A model generated the notes under the pieces. That model ran no database searches. It had not been told where the DNA came from and saw only the letters and a list, made by a program, of their open reading frames with translations. Positions 50,947-62,005 of a stretch of 64,000 nt of DNA are shown here, piece by piece (position 1 is the stretch's first letter; every line of letters starts with the position of its first letter). The stretch spans positions 6,528,001-6,592,000 of the forward strand of contig OY761556.1 in NCBI GenBank assembly GCA_963664705.1, given 5' to 3'. Origin of the DNA: Acidobacteriota bacterium. Lineage in GTDB: Bacteria > Acidobacteriota > UBA6911. A program made the translations under genes and the position numbers.

Positions 50947-51066
50947 ACACCGGCTCCGTATTCAACCCGTCAGGGCATGTATTGATATGCAGTAAAATCT
51001 ACGAATGGCGCGAAATCTTGTTTCCATTTCGCGCCATTTCGAGGGATTCCGGCTATTTTTTCCGAT

Positions 51067-52149
51067 TTATCGCAAGGATGCCATGTCGATGACAAACCGG
51101 TACTTTACATCGCTTTTCAACAGGCGTTCATAAGCCTCATTGATCTGCTGGATTTTGATCAGCTCGATGTCGGCTGTAATGCCCCTTTCGCCGCAAAAAT
51201 CGAGCATTTCCTGGGTTTCTCGAATGCCGCCGATGGTAGATCCCGCCAGGTGCCTGCGTTTCATAATAAGATTGAAAGCGGCCACGCCAGACGGCTTTGG
51301 CGGAGCTCCGACCAGGGTCATGGTGCCGTTCAGCTTCAATAATTGAAGATACGCATTCAGGTCGTGGTCGGCGGCGACCGTGTCCAGGATAAAGTCAAAA
51401 CTGCCGGCCTGCTTTTGCATTGCGCTGCCGTCTTTCGACAGGATGACTTCATCGGCGCCAAGCCGGGCTGCATCGGCGGTTTTATGTTGTGAAGTGGTGA
51501 ACAAAGCTACGTGGGCGCCAAAGGCCTTGGCCAATTTGAGCCCCATGTGTCCCAATCCGCCCAACCCGACGATTCCGACCCTTTTCCCTTTGCCCACATT
51601 CCAGTGGCGCAGCGGAGAGTATGTTGTGATGCCCGCGCAGAGAAGCGGCGCGGCGCCTGCAGGATCGAGCGCTTTGGGAACACGCAAGACAAACGCCTGA
51701 TCGACGACAATGCTGTCCGAATATCCGCCATAGGTAATGCCGCCGAGGATGCTGTCCGGACCCTCATAGGTCAGGGTCATGCCGTTTTCGCAATACTGTT
51801 CCTCTCCGGCGAGGCAACTGGAGCATTTGCGGCAGGAGTCCACCATGCACCCGACCGCAGCGACATCTCCTTCCTTGAACTTCTTCACCGCGCTGCCCAC
51901 CTTTACCACTCTTCCCACAATTTCGTGCCCGGGGACACAGGGATAGACCGTTGGCATGAAGGCGCTCCATTCATTCCGTACAGTGTGCAGATCCGAATGG
52001 CAGACACCGCAATACAGAATCTCAATCTGGATGTCCTCCGGCCGGGGCGCGCGCCGTTGCAGTGTGTAGGGTCCGAGTCCCGCCGTTGCGCTCGGAGCGG
52101 CAAATGCTTTCGAGGGGAAGGTATTTGCGTTTACATCTGTTTTTGTCAT
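51067..52149 (-). CDS. Zn-dependent NADP alcohol dehydrogenase (CAD/YahK-like)
   Basis: CGVCHSD, GHEIVG, CRKC..C...C, GLGGLG, YRFVID. Confidence 0.92.
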   Translation of the reverse strand: MTKTDVNANTFPSKAFAAPSATAGLGPYTLQRRAPRPEDIQIEILYCGVCHSDLHTVRNEWSAFMPTVYPCVPGHEIVGRVVKVGSAVKKFKEGDVAAVGCMVDSCRKCSSCLAGEEQYCENGMTLTYEGPDSILGGITYGGYSDSIVVDQAFVLRVPKALDPAGAAPLLCAGITTYSPLRHWNVGKGKRVGIVGLGGLGHMGLKLAKAFGAHVALFTTSQHKTADAARLGADEVILSKDGSAMQKQAGSFDFILDTVAADHDLNAYLQLLKLNGTMTLVGAPPKPSGVAAFNLIMKRRHLAGSTIGGIRETQEMLDFCGERGITADIELIKIQQINEAYERLLKSDVKYRFVIDMASLR

Positions 52150-52189
52150 TTTCTTCTCCAATCGTACAATTCAGTATACCGACCGAAAA

Positions 52190-52247
52190 TGATTTCAAGG
52201 AATCTGAAATTTGAAATCTGAAATCTGAAATCTGGAATCCGGAATCA
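52190..52247. repeat. Heptamer array (GAAATCT)n
   Basis: About 7 units directly after the kinase stop codon. Confidence 0.8.
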
Positions 52248-53705
52248 TCACTTCGGGAGGGTGAAATGGAAGGTGCTTCCTTTTCCCACATCGGATTGGA
52301 CCCAGATCCGGCCGCCGTGTTGTTCCACTATTTTTTCGCAGAGGGCCAGCCCAATTCCCGTTCCGGGGTATTCCTTTTTTCCATGCAACCGCTGGAATAT
52401 CAGAAAAATCCTTCGGTGATGCTCCGGTGCGATGCCGATCCCATTGTCTTGCACGGAGAGGAACCAGAAACTGTTGTCGCTGTGGCACCCGATGTGGATC
52501 TGTGGAGGAATCTCCTTTCTGCGGAATTTAATGGCGTTGCCAAGCAGATTTTGAAAGAGCTGAACAAGCTGCATTTCGTTGCCCTGAACTTTGGGGAGGG
52601 TATCGCAAGTGATGATGGCGCCGGCTTCCTGGGTGCTGGCCTGCAGGTTGGCCTCCGCGATCTGCGCGCATTTGTTCAGATCGACGGGCTGAACCTCCCG
52701 GTCTCCGCGTTCTACGCGACTATACTTCAGGAGATCCGTTATCAACTGGGACATGCGTTTGGCTGCGTCCACCACATAGCTGATATAGGTTCCGGCTTTT
52801 TCATCCAGCTGTGTTTTGTATTTCTCGGACAGAAGATCCATGAAGCCCGAAATGACGCGGAGCGGTTCCTGCAGATCGTGGCTGGCAATATAGGCAAACT
52901 GCTCCAATTGCCGGTTGGATCGTTTCAATTCCTCCGCGGCATCATGCAGAGCCTGTTCAGCTTTTTTGCGTGCGCTGATATCGGCAATGGCGCAGAGAAT
53001 AAATCTTCCCTCTATGGTTTCGACAGGGTTGAGTCCGATTTCGATCGGAATCTCCATCCCATCTTTTCTCAGTCCAAAGAGGTCTCGACCTTCGCCCATC
53101 AGCCGGGCTGCCGGGTTTTTTGCATATTCCGTCCGATGTGCGGAGTGAACGTCCCGGTATTCCCTTGGTACGAGCATCTCGACGGATTGTCCCAGCAATT
53201 CATCCCGCGTATAGCCGAAAAGACGCTCGGTTTCGCGGTTGACCAGTTGGATCGCTCCGGAATCGTCTATCATGAGTATGCCGCTGGGCGCTGCCTCGAT
53301 GGCTACACGAAGCTGATGCTCGATACGCCGGCGGTCGCTGATATCGCTAATGGAGCAGAGCAAAAACGGCCCGGCATTGGAATTTAGCTTATTCAGGCGT
53401 ATTTCGAGGGATAGCTCTGTGCCATCTTTTCGGCGCCCCGTAATGATGTGGCTCCTGCTTGCAGATGCCGCATCCTGCTCGAATTGAGCGTCAAAGATAG
53501 TGGGCGTATTTTTTAGCCGGTCCGGCAGGAGAATTTTGTACGTTTGACCGAGCAATTCCTCTCTGGAGTAGCCGAGGAGCTCCTCCAGTTCCTTGTTGAG
53601 AAGAACTATATTCCTTGTGTCATTCAGAATGAGGAGACCGCACGGCAGGTACTCGATAGCGTCTTCGGAAAGGAGATTTATGGGAAGAAATTCATTTTGC
53701 GGCAT
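52248..53705 (-). CDS. PAS-PAS sensor histidine kinase (phytochrome-like HisKA subtype)
   Basis: FAYIASHDLQEPLR, QNLLGNAIKF, GTGIGLA. Confidence 0.92.
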   Translation of the reverse strand: MPQNEFLPINLLSEDAIEYLPCGLLILNDTRNIVLLNKELEELLGYSREELLGQTYKILLPDRLKNTPTIFDAQFEQDAASASRSHIITGRRKDGTELSLEIRLNKLNSNAGPFLLCSISDISDRRRIEHQLRVAIEAAPSGILMIDDSGAIQLVNRETERLFGYTRDELLGQSVEMLVPREYRDVHSAHRTEYAKNPAARLMGEGRDLFGLRKDGMEIPIEIGLNPVETIEGRFILCAIADISARKKAEQALHDAAEELKRSNRQLEQFAYIASHDLQEPLRVISGFMDLLSEKYKTQLDEKAGTYISYVVDAAKRMSQLITDLLKYSRVERGDREVQPVDLNKCAQIAEANLQASTQEAGAIITCDTLPKVQGNEMQLVQLFQNLLGNAIKFRRKEIPPQIHIGCHSDNSFWFLSVQDNGIGIAPEHHRRIFLIFQRLHGKKEYPGTGIGLALCEKIVEQHGGRIWVQSDVGKGSTFHFTLPK

Positions 53706-53991
53706 CGCTCCAGGTTTTTCCTTCCCTGAATAACGAATTGAGTATCCTTCGAGGCGGGGCCCGAAAACAATGCGTGTTACTGCCTAGTCCGGGTTGGGCG
53801 GAACTACCCAGGCGGAATTCCAGCGTGTTTATGGGAGCTGCCTTCTCATTAAGGCCAAAATGTCAGGATGAAATGTCAGGATGAAAACTGGACGTGTGAT
53901 AAACGGAGTCTTATGATTATTTTGCTTCATTGGTTTCAATTGTCCAGGCAGCATAGAATTTGATCGTGTTCATTGCAGGGAAACTATCTGA

Positions 53992-55614
53992 ATGCATGCG
54001 CCGCGCGAACGCAGAAAAACGGATAAGCGAATTCACCAGATCGGTGCTCTCCATGCCCTGTTTGCTCAAAAATCCTCGCGTGTAGAGTATTTGCGGGCGG
54101 TTGCCGAGCTGCTCAAAGTAATCTCCGGATGTGAAAACGTCGGGATTCGTTTGCTTAACCGGCAAGAAGAGCCGCATGAAGCCGGTGTCGGATTTTCTAC
54201 AGGATTTCCGACGCCTTCGGGTGATTGCATCTGTGCCAGGCCGAGTAACGGTCTGTCCGAACAGGAAGAGTCATTTTCCCAGGGCGCTTGTATGGAACAC
54301 CGGTTTGCCTCGACCCTGGTTCTGCCCGTGCAATATCATGGGACGACGCTGGGGGTTATCCATTTTGCCGACCATCGCTCCGGGATTTTTGGCGAAGAGC
54401 TGGTGCAATTTCTGCGGGGACTTACGCCATTGATTGGCGAGGCAGCGCATCGGTTCGACATTGAGTCTGATTTGCGTCAAAGTGAGGAGCGCTATCGTTC
54501 ACTGGTCCAGGCCTCGGCTCAGATCGTATGGACAACGGATCCCAAAGGAGAAGTCATCGACGATGTTCCTTCCTGGCGTGCATTCACCGGGCAGAGTTGG
54601 GACGAGGTGCGGGGCTGGGGATGGGTGGATGCATTGCATCCGGATGATCGGGAACAGGCGGAAATCGTCTGGCGCAACGCCCTGGCAAAAGCAACCATGT
54701 ATCAGACGGAATATCGCATCCGACGGGCGAATGGCGATTATTACGATTTTGCCGTCCGCGGGGTCCCGGTGCGCGACCCGGCCGGAACGATAAGAGAATG
54801 GATCGGTGCCTGTGTCGATGTGACGGAACGCAGGGATGCCAGTCGGAAGATCCTCGACCTGAACCAATCGCTCGAACAGCGAGCCGAGCAGTTGGGAGCC
54901 CTGGCCACGGAACTCACCCTGACAGAGTTTCGGGAGCGCAAGCACCTCGCCCAGGTTCTGCATGACGAGCTGCAGCAGCTTTTGGTCGCAGGGAAGATCC
55001 GGGTCGACCTGCTCAGCCAGAATCCCGAAATACTGGCTCAAGGCGCTGGTCACCTGCAGAAATTGGATCAGGTTATCGCGGAATCCATCAAGCTGTGCCG
55101 CTCTTTGATGACAGAACTGAGTCCTCCGCTTCTGACCGAAATCGGCGTAGTCGCGGCAGTCGGTGCGCTGGCCCGGCAATTGAAGGAAACGCATGATCTG
55201 GTTGTACGCGTTGTATCGGATTATGAGATCCCCGCAGACAATGAAGGGATTTGCCTGCTGTTGTTTCAGGCCGTAAGAGAGTTGCTGTTCAATGTGGTAA
55301 AGCACTCCGGCACCAGGCAGGCCCTGATTCGGTTCAGCCGGCTGGCGGGCAATCGAGTGGAGGTTGAGGTTTCTGATCAGGGTGTTGGATTTTCCGCGGG
55401 CAATATGCGGTTCCGGAAAAGCCTCGCAACCGGCCTGGGACTTTTTGGAATCCGGGAACGCATCGTTCAAAAGGGCGGAGAAGTTGTCGTTGAGAGCACT
55501 GTCGGCAAAGGTACCCGTGTGACCATAAGAATGGGAATCCCCTCCGCTGAAAAAGAGTTCTTCCAGGAATGCAAGGATCCTGTTGCCGAAATGGATATTA
55601 TCCCGGGCAGATAG
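53992..55614 (+). CDS. GAF-PAS histidine kinase (HisKA_3/NarX type)
   Basis: ERKHLAQVLHDELQQ, ELLFNVVKHS, DQGVGF, GLGLFGIRER. Confidence 0.85.
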   Translation: MHAPRERRKTDKRIHQIGALHALFAQKSSRVEYLRAVAELLKVISGCENVGIRLLNRQEEPHEAGVGFSTGFPTPSGDCICARPSNGLSEQEESFSQGACMEHRFASTLVLPVQYHGTTLGVIHFADHRSGIFGEELVQFLRGLTPLIGEAAHRFDIESDLRQSEERYRSLVQASAQIVWTTDPKGEVIDDVPSWRAFTGQSWDEVRGWGWVDALHPDDREQAEIVWRNALAKATMYQTEYRIRRANGDYYDFAVRGVPVRDPAGTIREWIGACVDVTERRDASRKILDLNQSLEQRAEQLGALATELTLTEFRERKHLAQVLHDELQQLLVAGKIRVDLLSQNPEILAQGAGHLQKLDQVIAESIKLCRSLMTELSPPLLTEIGVVAAVGALARQLKETHDLVVRVVSDYEIPADNEGICLLLFQAVRELLFNVVKHSGTRQALIRFSRLAGNRVEVEVSDQGVGFSAGNMRFRKSLATGLGLFGIRERIVQKGGEVVVESTVGKGTRVTIRMGIPSAEKEFFQECKDPVAEMDIIPGR

Positions 55615-55946
55615 CATCTTCACCACAGATACGCCATTCGGGTAATTGTCAGACAAAAGGGCACGGCAGTACTCCCCATCTGCCGGAAAAAATTCCGGAA
55701 CCATATTTCCCTAACCTGGGATAAAATCCCATTCCAATACGCATCATGGCAATGAATCGTAACGGCGATGCCTTGTAATGAGGCCGCTGGTTTCACGGAA
55801 ACAGAAACGGAATCGACAAGAGATTTCTGATCGCAGAGCGACAGCAGGGGCCGGCACAATCCCGGTGCGGAGGCTATTCCGGCAATATACCCGGTTCATG
55901 ACTTCATGCCGAAACCAACACGAAGGTGAGGGAATAGGAGGGACGC

Positions 55947-58025
55947 ATGACAGGTGGATATACAGGCAAGATACTCAGAGTAAATCTGACCCAAAAAACA
56001 ATAAGCACTATTCCTACCGAGAAGTATGAGGAATACGGCGGCGGCCATGGAATGGGCTCTGCAATTTTTTTGGACCTGGTTGGCGACCAGCTTCCGTTTG
56101 AAGCATTTGATCCACGGAATCTGATCATTATGATGGCCCATCCATTTGCCGGCACATTTATGCCGGGTTCCGGGAGATGTGAAGTCCAGGGCCTGGGGCC
56201 TATGCTGTATCCCATTGAATGGTTTGCGCACAGCAACTTCGGCGGGCGCTTTACCTAGCAACTCAAATATGCCGGCTGGGACGGCATCGTTGTGGAAGGT
56301 GCGGCCGACAGTCCCGTCTGGATTAACATTATTAATGACAAAGTCAAGATTGAGAGCGCCGACGGTATCTGGGGGATGGATACCTGGGACACACAGGAGG
56401 AGGTTTCCCGTCGTGTCATGCCCGGCCTGAAATACGGCGAATGGGCGGCGGCAGGAGATACCTTTACGACCCAAATCCCCGCCGTCGTTTGTACGGGCCT
56501 GGCGGGAGAAAACAAGAGCCGCATGGGCGCCCTGCTGCACGGACCCGGATCCCAGGCGGCCCTGTGCGGATTTGGAGGTGTCTTCGGGTCGAAGAACCTC
56601 AAGGCGATCAGTGCCATCGGAACGGGCTCCGTTCCCATTGCAAACCCCAAAGCTTTCATGGAAGCCCGTTTGTGGTTCCGGCAGTTCTTGTATGATGTGG
56701 ATGATCCGCGTCGCAAAGATATGGTGGGCGGATTTTATTTCTGGATCAATGGCTCTCCGGCAGGAGCCAACGTAACGAATAACCCGTACTTTGGCGCCAA
56801 CGCGCTTCCTCTCGTGCCTGCGCGCGCAACCGCCTGCGCCTCCTGTCCCAGGGCATGTCGACAGCGCCTGGCCAGCGGGGACAGCAATGAATCCATATGC
56901 GCCGGAACCGCGGGTGTCCGGCTTGAAAATGCCAATCTGAAACTCACGCGCCAGGGGAACGATCTGATGCAGAAATATGGGCTCAGCCACTGGCACTTCA
57001 TGACGATGCAGGGCTATTTGCAGGATCTGTATAAGAGAGGACTCCTGGGCAAGGGAAAGAAGATTGAAACCGACCTGCCCATGGATCAGTTTGGGACGAT
57101 GGGGTTCCTGGATATGCTCATGCGGCAGATTTCCACGCGGAAAGGAATTGGCAAGGATTTGAGCGAAGGCCTCGCCAGAGCTGCAAAGAATTGGGGGATA
57201 TATGAGCCGGACCTGGCCAGCGGAGCGCTGAATCTGGCCTATTGGGGGACAACCGATCATTATGATCCCAGGACTGAAGCGGAATGGGGATTCGGTTCGC
57301 TGATGGGCGAACGAGATCTGATGCTGCACAATATCGCCAACTATCCTCTGCACTGGACGCCCGAGGCGTTCAGGATGGAGGGCCGAGAGCCTTACCTGAC
57401 CGCAGAACAGGCCGCTCAATACACCGCCGATGCCATGATTCCCTACCAGGGAGATGCTTTCATGCTGGATTACAGCGATGGGCCTACCGGGATTTATTCG
57501 GATCACAAGGTCAAACAGGTTGCCTGGGTGAAGCACTACGAGAAATTCTGGATCGGCTCCAATGGCTTTTGCGGCTGGAGATGGCCGATGTGTTTTACCA
57601 ACAATACCGTCGATTTCAGAGGCCCGACCCCCCAGGCGGAACCCCGGTTCTTCAATGCCATTACCGGAAAGAACATTACGTTTGCCGACGGGATGGAATT
57701 GGGACGCAAAATTTTCACGTTGGACCGGGCTATCTGGACGATTCAGGGCAGGCACCGCGATATGGAAGTTTTTCCGGACTATATCTACAACCAGAATTCC
57801 CGGGGTGGCTTGCTTCCGATGTACGATGAGAAGACAAAAAAATGGTCTTACTCGGCCGGTGAAGGCAGGAAACTGGATCGCGCGAAGGTTGAGGAGTGGA
57901 AGACAAAATTCTATTCGTTTGAGGGATTTAACACGGCCAATGGATGGCCGACCCGGAAGACTTTGGAAGGCATGGGCTTAAAGAAAGTAGCCGATCTCAT
58001 GCAAAGCAAGAACCGCCTTGGCTAA
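55947..58025 (+). pseudogene. Aldehyde:ferredoxin oxidoreductase (tungsten AOR family) with one in-frame TAG at 56256-56258 (pseudogene, sequence error or recoding)
   Basis: MTGGYTGKILRVNL...NFGGRFT*QLKYAGWDGIVVEG...GGVFGSKNLKAI...CASCPRAC...GWPTRKTL; ORFs 55947-56258 and 56292-58025 share one frame. Confidence 0.85.
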
Positions 58026-58035
58026 AAGTATTGGA

Positions 58036-58087
58036 ACCATGGGAGCCGACTATTGGGGCCCGTACCCGGATAGCTGGCTCCCATGGT
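58036..58087. terminator. Hairpin between convergent genes
   Basis: ACCATGGGAGCC...GGCTCCCATGGT perfect 12-bp stem with further imperfect pairing. Confidence 0.55.
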
Positions 58088-58092
58088 GAAAT

Positions 58093-58425
58093 TTAGAGGG
58101 TGTCGGTTTTAGCCGCCATGATGAAATCGTTGCGATGTAATCCCCCGATGGCATGGGTCCACCAGGTTACCGTCACCTTTCCCCACTCCGTCAGGATTGC
58201 CGGATGGTGTTTCTCGGCTTCCGCCAGCGCCCCCACCTTGTTTGTGAAGGATAGGGCTTCGGCAAAATTCTTAAAGCGGAATTCACGCTCGAGTCGTGCG
58301 ACGCCTTCGTGAATGACGGTTTTCCACGCCGGTATCTGCGGTTTCAGCTGGCAGGCTTCTTCTTCCGAAACACGCGGAGCATCTTTACGGCAGGCCATGC
58401 AATTTTCAGCGCTCAATTCACTCAT
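58093..58425 (-). CDS. phhB: Pterin-4-alpha-carbinolamine dehydratase
   Basis: [37 protein letters not shown]. Confidence 0.9.
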   Translation of the reverse strand: MSELSAENCMACRKDAPRVSEEEACQLKPQIPAWKTVIHEGVARLEREFRFKNFAEALSFTNKVGALAEAEKHHPAILTEWGKVTVTWWTHAIGGLHRNDFIMAAKTDTL

Positions 58426-58493
58426 TTTTCCTCCACGCTGCAAGGCGGTTCGTGCATGCCGGGAATCCGGGGAACTCCCGAACACCTGTAATT

Positions 58494-60914
58494 CTACTCC
58501 TCGATCCGCTGCAGTATGGCGGCCAGTTCTTTTCTGGTGAAAGGTTTCTGGAGGAAGTGAGTTCCGGGTTCCATGACACCGTGGTTGGCAATGATATCGG
58601 CAGTCCATCCGGACATGAAAATGCATCGAAGCTGCGGGTACAGAAACAGCAGTTCATTGGCAAGATCGCGGCCATTCATCTCCGGCATGACCACGTCCGT
58701 CATCAGAATTTCAATACTCTCCGGGTGTTGTCTGGCTATGCGCAGCGCTTCGGCCGGGGCGCTTGCCACCAATACCGTGTGCCCGAGCTGTTCCAGCATT
58801 CGCCGGGTCAATTGCAAAATGGATAACTCATCCTCAACCAGGAGTACGGTGTTCTTTGCGGCCGGCTCCGCTGCAGATTCTTCCCGGGCGTCTTCCGGCT
58901 CTTCTTCGTAACGGGGCAGGTAAAGTTCGAAGACAGTTCCTTCCCCCGGCTGGCTGTGAACATCAATGCAACCGCTGTTTTGCTTGACGATTCCGTAAAT
59001 GGTTGAGAGTCCCAGGCCGATGCCCTTTCCAAATTCCTTTGTGGTAAAGAACGGTTCAAAGATGTTTTTCAGCGTCTCCTCATTCATGCCGGTTCCCGTG
59101 TCGCTGACTCTCAGCCGCACATAGTCGCCCGGCAGGCAGCCGTCGTGTTCTGCACAGAATTGCTCTGAAAGCTGAGTATTGACGGTCTCAATTGTCAATG
59201 TGCCGACTACCTGGATGGCATCGCGTGCATTCACCGCCAGATTGGCCATGATCTGGTCAATCTGTGAAGGATCGATGAATATCTGCCAGAGAGAGGGTCC
59301 CGGCTTCCAAATGATTTTGATGTTTTCGCCGATCAGGCGCTGGAGCATCTTGATCATTCCCGACAGGGTTGCGTTCAAATCCAGCACTTGCGGGGTTACC
59401 GTTTGTCTTCGGGCAAAGGCCAGCAGTTGCCGTGTGAGGTCGGCGGATCGCTGAGCTGCCTTCTGAATTTCCTGCAGATCCATAAAGACTGGATGCGTTG
59501 GTTCTATCTGTTCCTGGGCCAGTTCGGCATGACCCAGGATGACGCTAAGCATGTTGTTGAAGTCGTGCGCCACTCCCCCGGCCAGCCGCCCCACGGATTC
59601 CATTCTTTGGGCCTGGTAAAGCTGTGCGGAGAGTCTGGCGTTTTCCTCTTCGGAACGCTTGCGCTCATCAATATTGCGAGTGACTCCGACTAATTCCACC
59701 TTCCCCTGTTTGTTAATCAAAGCCGTTGCGGTGACTTCCGTTTGAACAACGGATCCATCCTTGCGCAGTTGATCCACCTCACTCGTTATGGAGAAGGGGA
59801 TGGCGGGATTTTTCAGGAATTTGGGCAGATAAAAGGACAGCAGTTCCTGGACCTTTTTCTGGGATTCCGGCGTAAGCGACGCTTCCATCGGTCGAGACAT
59901 GGCTTCTTCCGGCGTCCGACCGAGCAGTTTTTTCACTGAGGGACTGATGTAAGTGAAGCTTTTTGTTTCAAAATCGAGCAGCCATATTACATCTTCTATG
60001 CTATCGGCGATCAGTCGGTAACGAAATTCACTCTGTTTTAATGCCTCTTCGGTGAGCCTCCGCTCTGTGACATCCCATACCAGGCCGTTTACCCATTGGG
60101 GCTTTCCCTCGATGTCGCATACCGGGCGACCGCGGGCGATTACGAAATGAATACTCTTGTCGGGCCATACAACACGATATTCAACTTCGTAGGTGGTACC
60201 GGCGGTGAGGGTGGATTCCAGGGCCCGCTTTACCATTCCCAGATCATCCGGGTGAACGACGGAATAGAATTCATCCGCGGTGCCACCGAAAGAGAATGGA
60301 TCGAGACCCAGCAATTGACAGGTTCGCGGATCGAAATGGCGCGCCCTCTTCTGCAGATCCACTTGCCAGATGCCCATGTCGGAGGAACGTAATGCCATTT
60401 CCAGTTTTTCGTTGCTCTCGCGCAAGGCATTTTCTATCTGCTTGCGATTTGAGATCTCCTGAACCGTGCCTACGATGCGGATCGGAGTGCCATCCAGGGC
60501 ACATTGCCTCAGGCCGCGACCGCTGAGCCAGTGCAGTGTTCCGTCGGGATGAATGGCGCGGAATTCCAGATCCGCAGGTTCCTCTCCCGCTATGCAGGCG
60601 CGAATCCACTCTTGCATCGGCAGCCGGTCATTGGGATGCAGCAGCGACACCAGGTTTGCAGGGGTGGGGATAAAGGTGTCGCGGTTCACTCCGTAGAGCC
60701 GGTAGGTTTCATCCGTCCATTCGATCAGATCCGAGCCAATCGCCATGCTCCATGTACCTATCCTGGCGATGCGCTGAGATTCGGACAGGAGATATTCCAA
60801 TGGCGGCGCTGCCGTGGATGGTTGCGCGTCGCAGAGCTTCTCGGTGGCTCGTGTTCCGGGCGCCTTTGCTGATTTCGGGCTTTGCCCAATCCTATCTTTA
60901 TCCTGCATGCTCAT
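58494..60914 (-). CDS. Multi-PAS hybrid histidine kinase with receiver
   Basis: [32 protein letters not shown]. Confidence 0.92.
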   Translation of the reverse strand: MSMQDKDRIGQSPKSAKAPGTRATEKLCDAQPSTAAPPLEYLLSESQRIARIGTWSMAIGSDLIEWTDETYRLYGVNRDTFIPTPANLVSLLHPNDRLPMQEWIRACIAGEEPADLEFRAIHPDGTLHWLSGRGLRQCALDGTPIRIVGTVQEISNRKQIENALRESNEKLEMALRSSDMGIWQVDLQKRARHFDPRTCQLLGLDPFSFGGTADEFYSVVHPDDLGMVKRALESTLTAGTTYEVEYRVVWPDKSIHFVIARGRPVCDIEGKPQWVNGLVWDVTERRLTEEALKQSEFRYRLIADSIEDVIWLLDFETKSFTYISPSVKKLLGRTPEEAMSRPMEASLTPESQKKVQELLSFYLPKFLKNPAIPFSITSEVDQLRKDGSVVQTEVTATALINKQGKVELVGVTRNIDERKRSEEENARLSAQLYQAQRMESVGRLAGGVAHDFNNMLSVILGHAELAQEQIEPTHPVFMDLQEIQKAAQRSADLTRQLLAFARRQTVTPQVLDLNATLSGMIKMLQRLIGENIKIIWKPGPSLWQIFIDPSQIDQIMANLAVNARDAIQVVGTLTIETVNTQLSEQFCAEHDGCLPGDYVRLRVSDTGTGMNEETLKNIFEPFFTTKEFGKGIGLGLSTIYGIVKQNSGCIDVHSQPGEGTVFELYLPRYEEEPEDAREESAAEPAAKNTVLLVEDELSILQLTRRMLEQLGHTVLVASAPAEALRIARQHPESIEILMTDVVMPEMNGRDLANELLFLYPQLRCIFMSGWTADIIANHGVMEPGTHFLQKPFTRKELAAILQRIEE

Positions 60915-61077
60915 GCCACCCCCTCGCGTTTGACATGGCCATGGCAAGGATTGCCATTCCGATTCGTTTCGATGATCTCAACTTGCCGGTATATTACATT
61001 AAGTTGTTTTAATTTACGACCTTATCCCGCCAAGTGGGAAATATCAATCGCGGCTTGGAGTTTGAGATCCTGCGGCG

Positions 61078-61569
61078 CTAATAGATTCCCAGGCTCAAGC
61101 CGGCTGCAATGGTGGCGCCGAGCTCTTTGCAGCGGTCGAGATCATTTGGACCGATAATTTTGGGTGCAAGGATTTGCTCCGGCGTTTGTGCGTGCGTGCA
61201 GATAATCAGGGGCGAGGCGACGGGCTTCAGCCTCCATCCCGTGGCAATCCGCTCGATTTGCCGCGCGGCATTTTCTCCGTCTGAACCGGCGCAGATCATG
61301 GTGGCATAGGGTCGCCCGCCGATGCGTCCGAGCACGGCATAATAGGTGCGATCGAAGAAATCCTTCATCATTCCTGCCATGGCCGCGAGATTTTCGGGCG
61401 CAGCAAAAATGAATCCGTGGGCTTCGAGCACTTCCGCCGCCCCTGCCTTGGATGCATGGATCAGGTGGACGCGCACCTCCGGCTCAGATGAAGCTGCGTC
61501 TGCGGCCGCCTGCGCCATCTGTCTTGTGCCGTCCGTCATGGTGTGAAATACAATCAGGAGTTTTTTCAC
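61078..61569 (-). CDS. Flavodoxin-like NAD(P)H-dependent oxidoreductase
   Basis: LIVFHTMTDGT, APENLAAMAGMMKDFFDR, CAGSDG. Confidence 0.82.
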   Translation of the reverse strand: MKKLLIVFHTMTDGTRQMAQAAADAASSEPEVRVHLIHASKAGAAEVLEAHGFIFAAPENLAAMAGMMKDFFDRTYYAVLGRIGGRPYATMICAGSDGENAARQIERIATGWRLKPVASPLIICTHAQTPEQILAPKIIGPNDLDRCKELGATIAAGLSLGIY

Positions 61570-61693
61570 AGGTACATACTTTATGACCTTTGATCGCTCA
61601 TGGGAAGGGATTCCCATTGGATTGGGTCGACTGCGCTGGGAGCGCGATCTCTGCGGAATTGCGGATTCCGGATTTCAGATTATGACGAGGATC

Positions 61694-62002
61694 GGGAGCG
61701 CCGACGTCCTGCCTTTTGGCATTTACTTTTTTGCAATTGCAGTTCTTTCGCCCTTCAGGGCTCCAATCCTTACGCTATTCAACCAGGGGTTTGCTCCGCT
61801 CCCTCCTGGCTATTATCTTTCGCGTCTCCGGCGCTGGCTCTTTGCTCTATCTATACTAGGTGTCCGGATACTCGAAAGATTGTAGCCCCGGGAGAGCTTG
61901 CTGGCCCGGGGCTATATTAGGGGCTCAACGAGCCCCAAAGGGGCGAGGGAAAAACGCCCGAAAAAAAGCGAATGGCATTAGCCAGGACGGCGGCGCTTCC
62001 GG
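61694..62002. repeat. Nested repeat: REP-B halves around a MITE-like element carrying an inverted family-A pair
   Basis: GGGAGCGCCGACGTCCTG [..GGCATTTAC...AATGGCATTA] CCAGGACGGCGGCGCTTCC; paralogue of 23159-23428. Confidence 0.78.
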
Positions 62003-62005
62003 TAA

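Noticed and set aside
55615-55946. Moco/tungsten-cofactor riboswitch upstream of AOR
   Set aside because: No recognisable consensus by eye.
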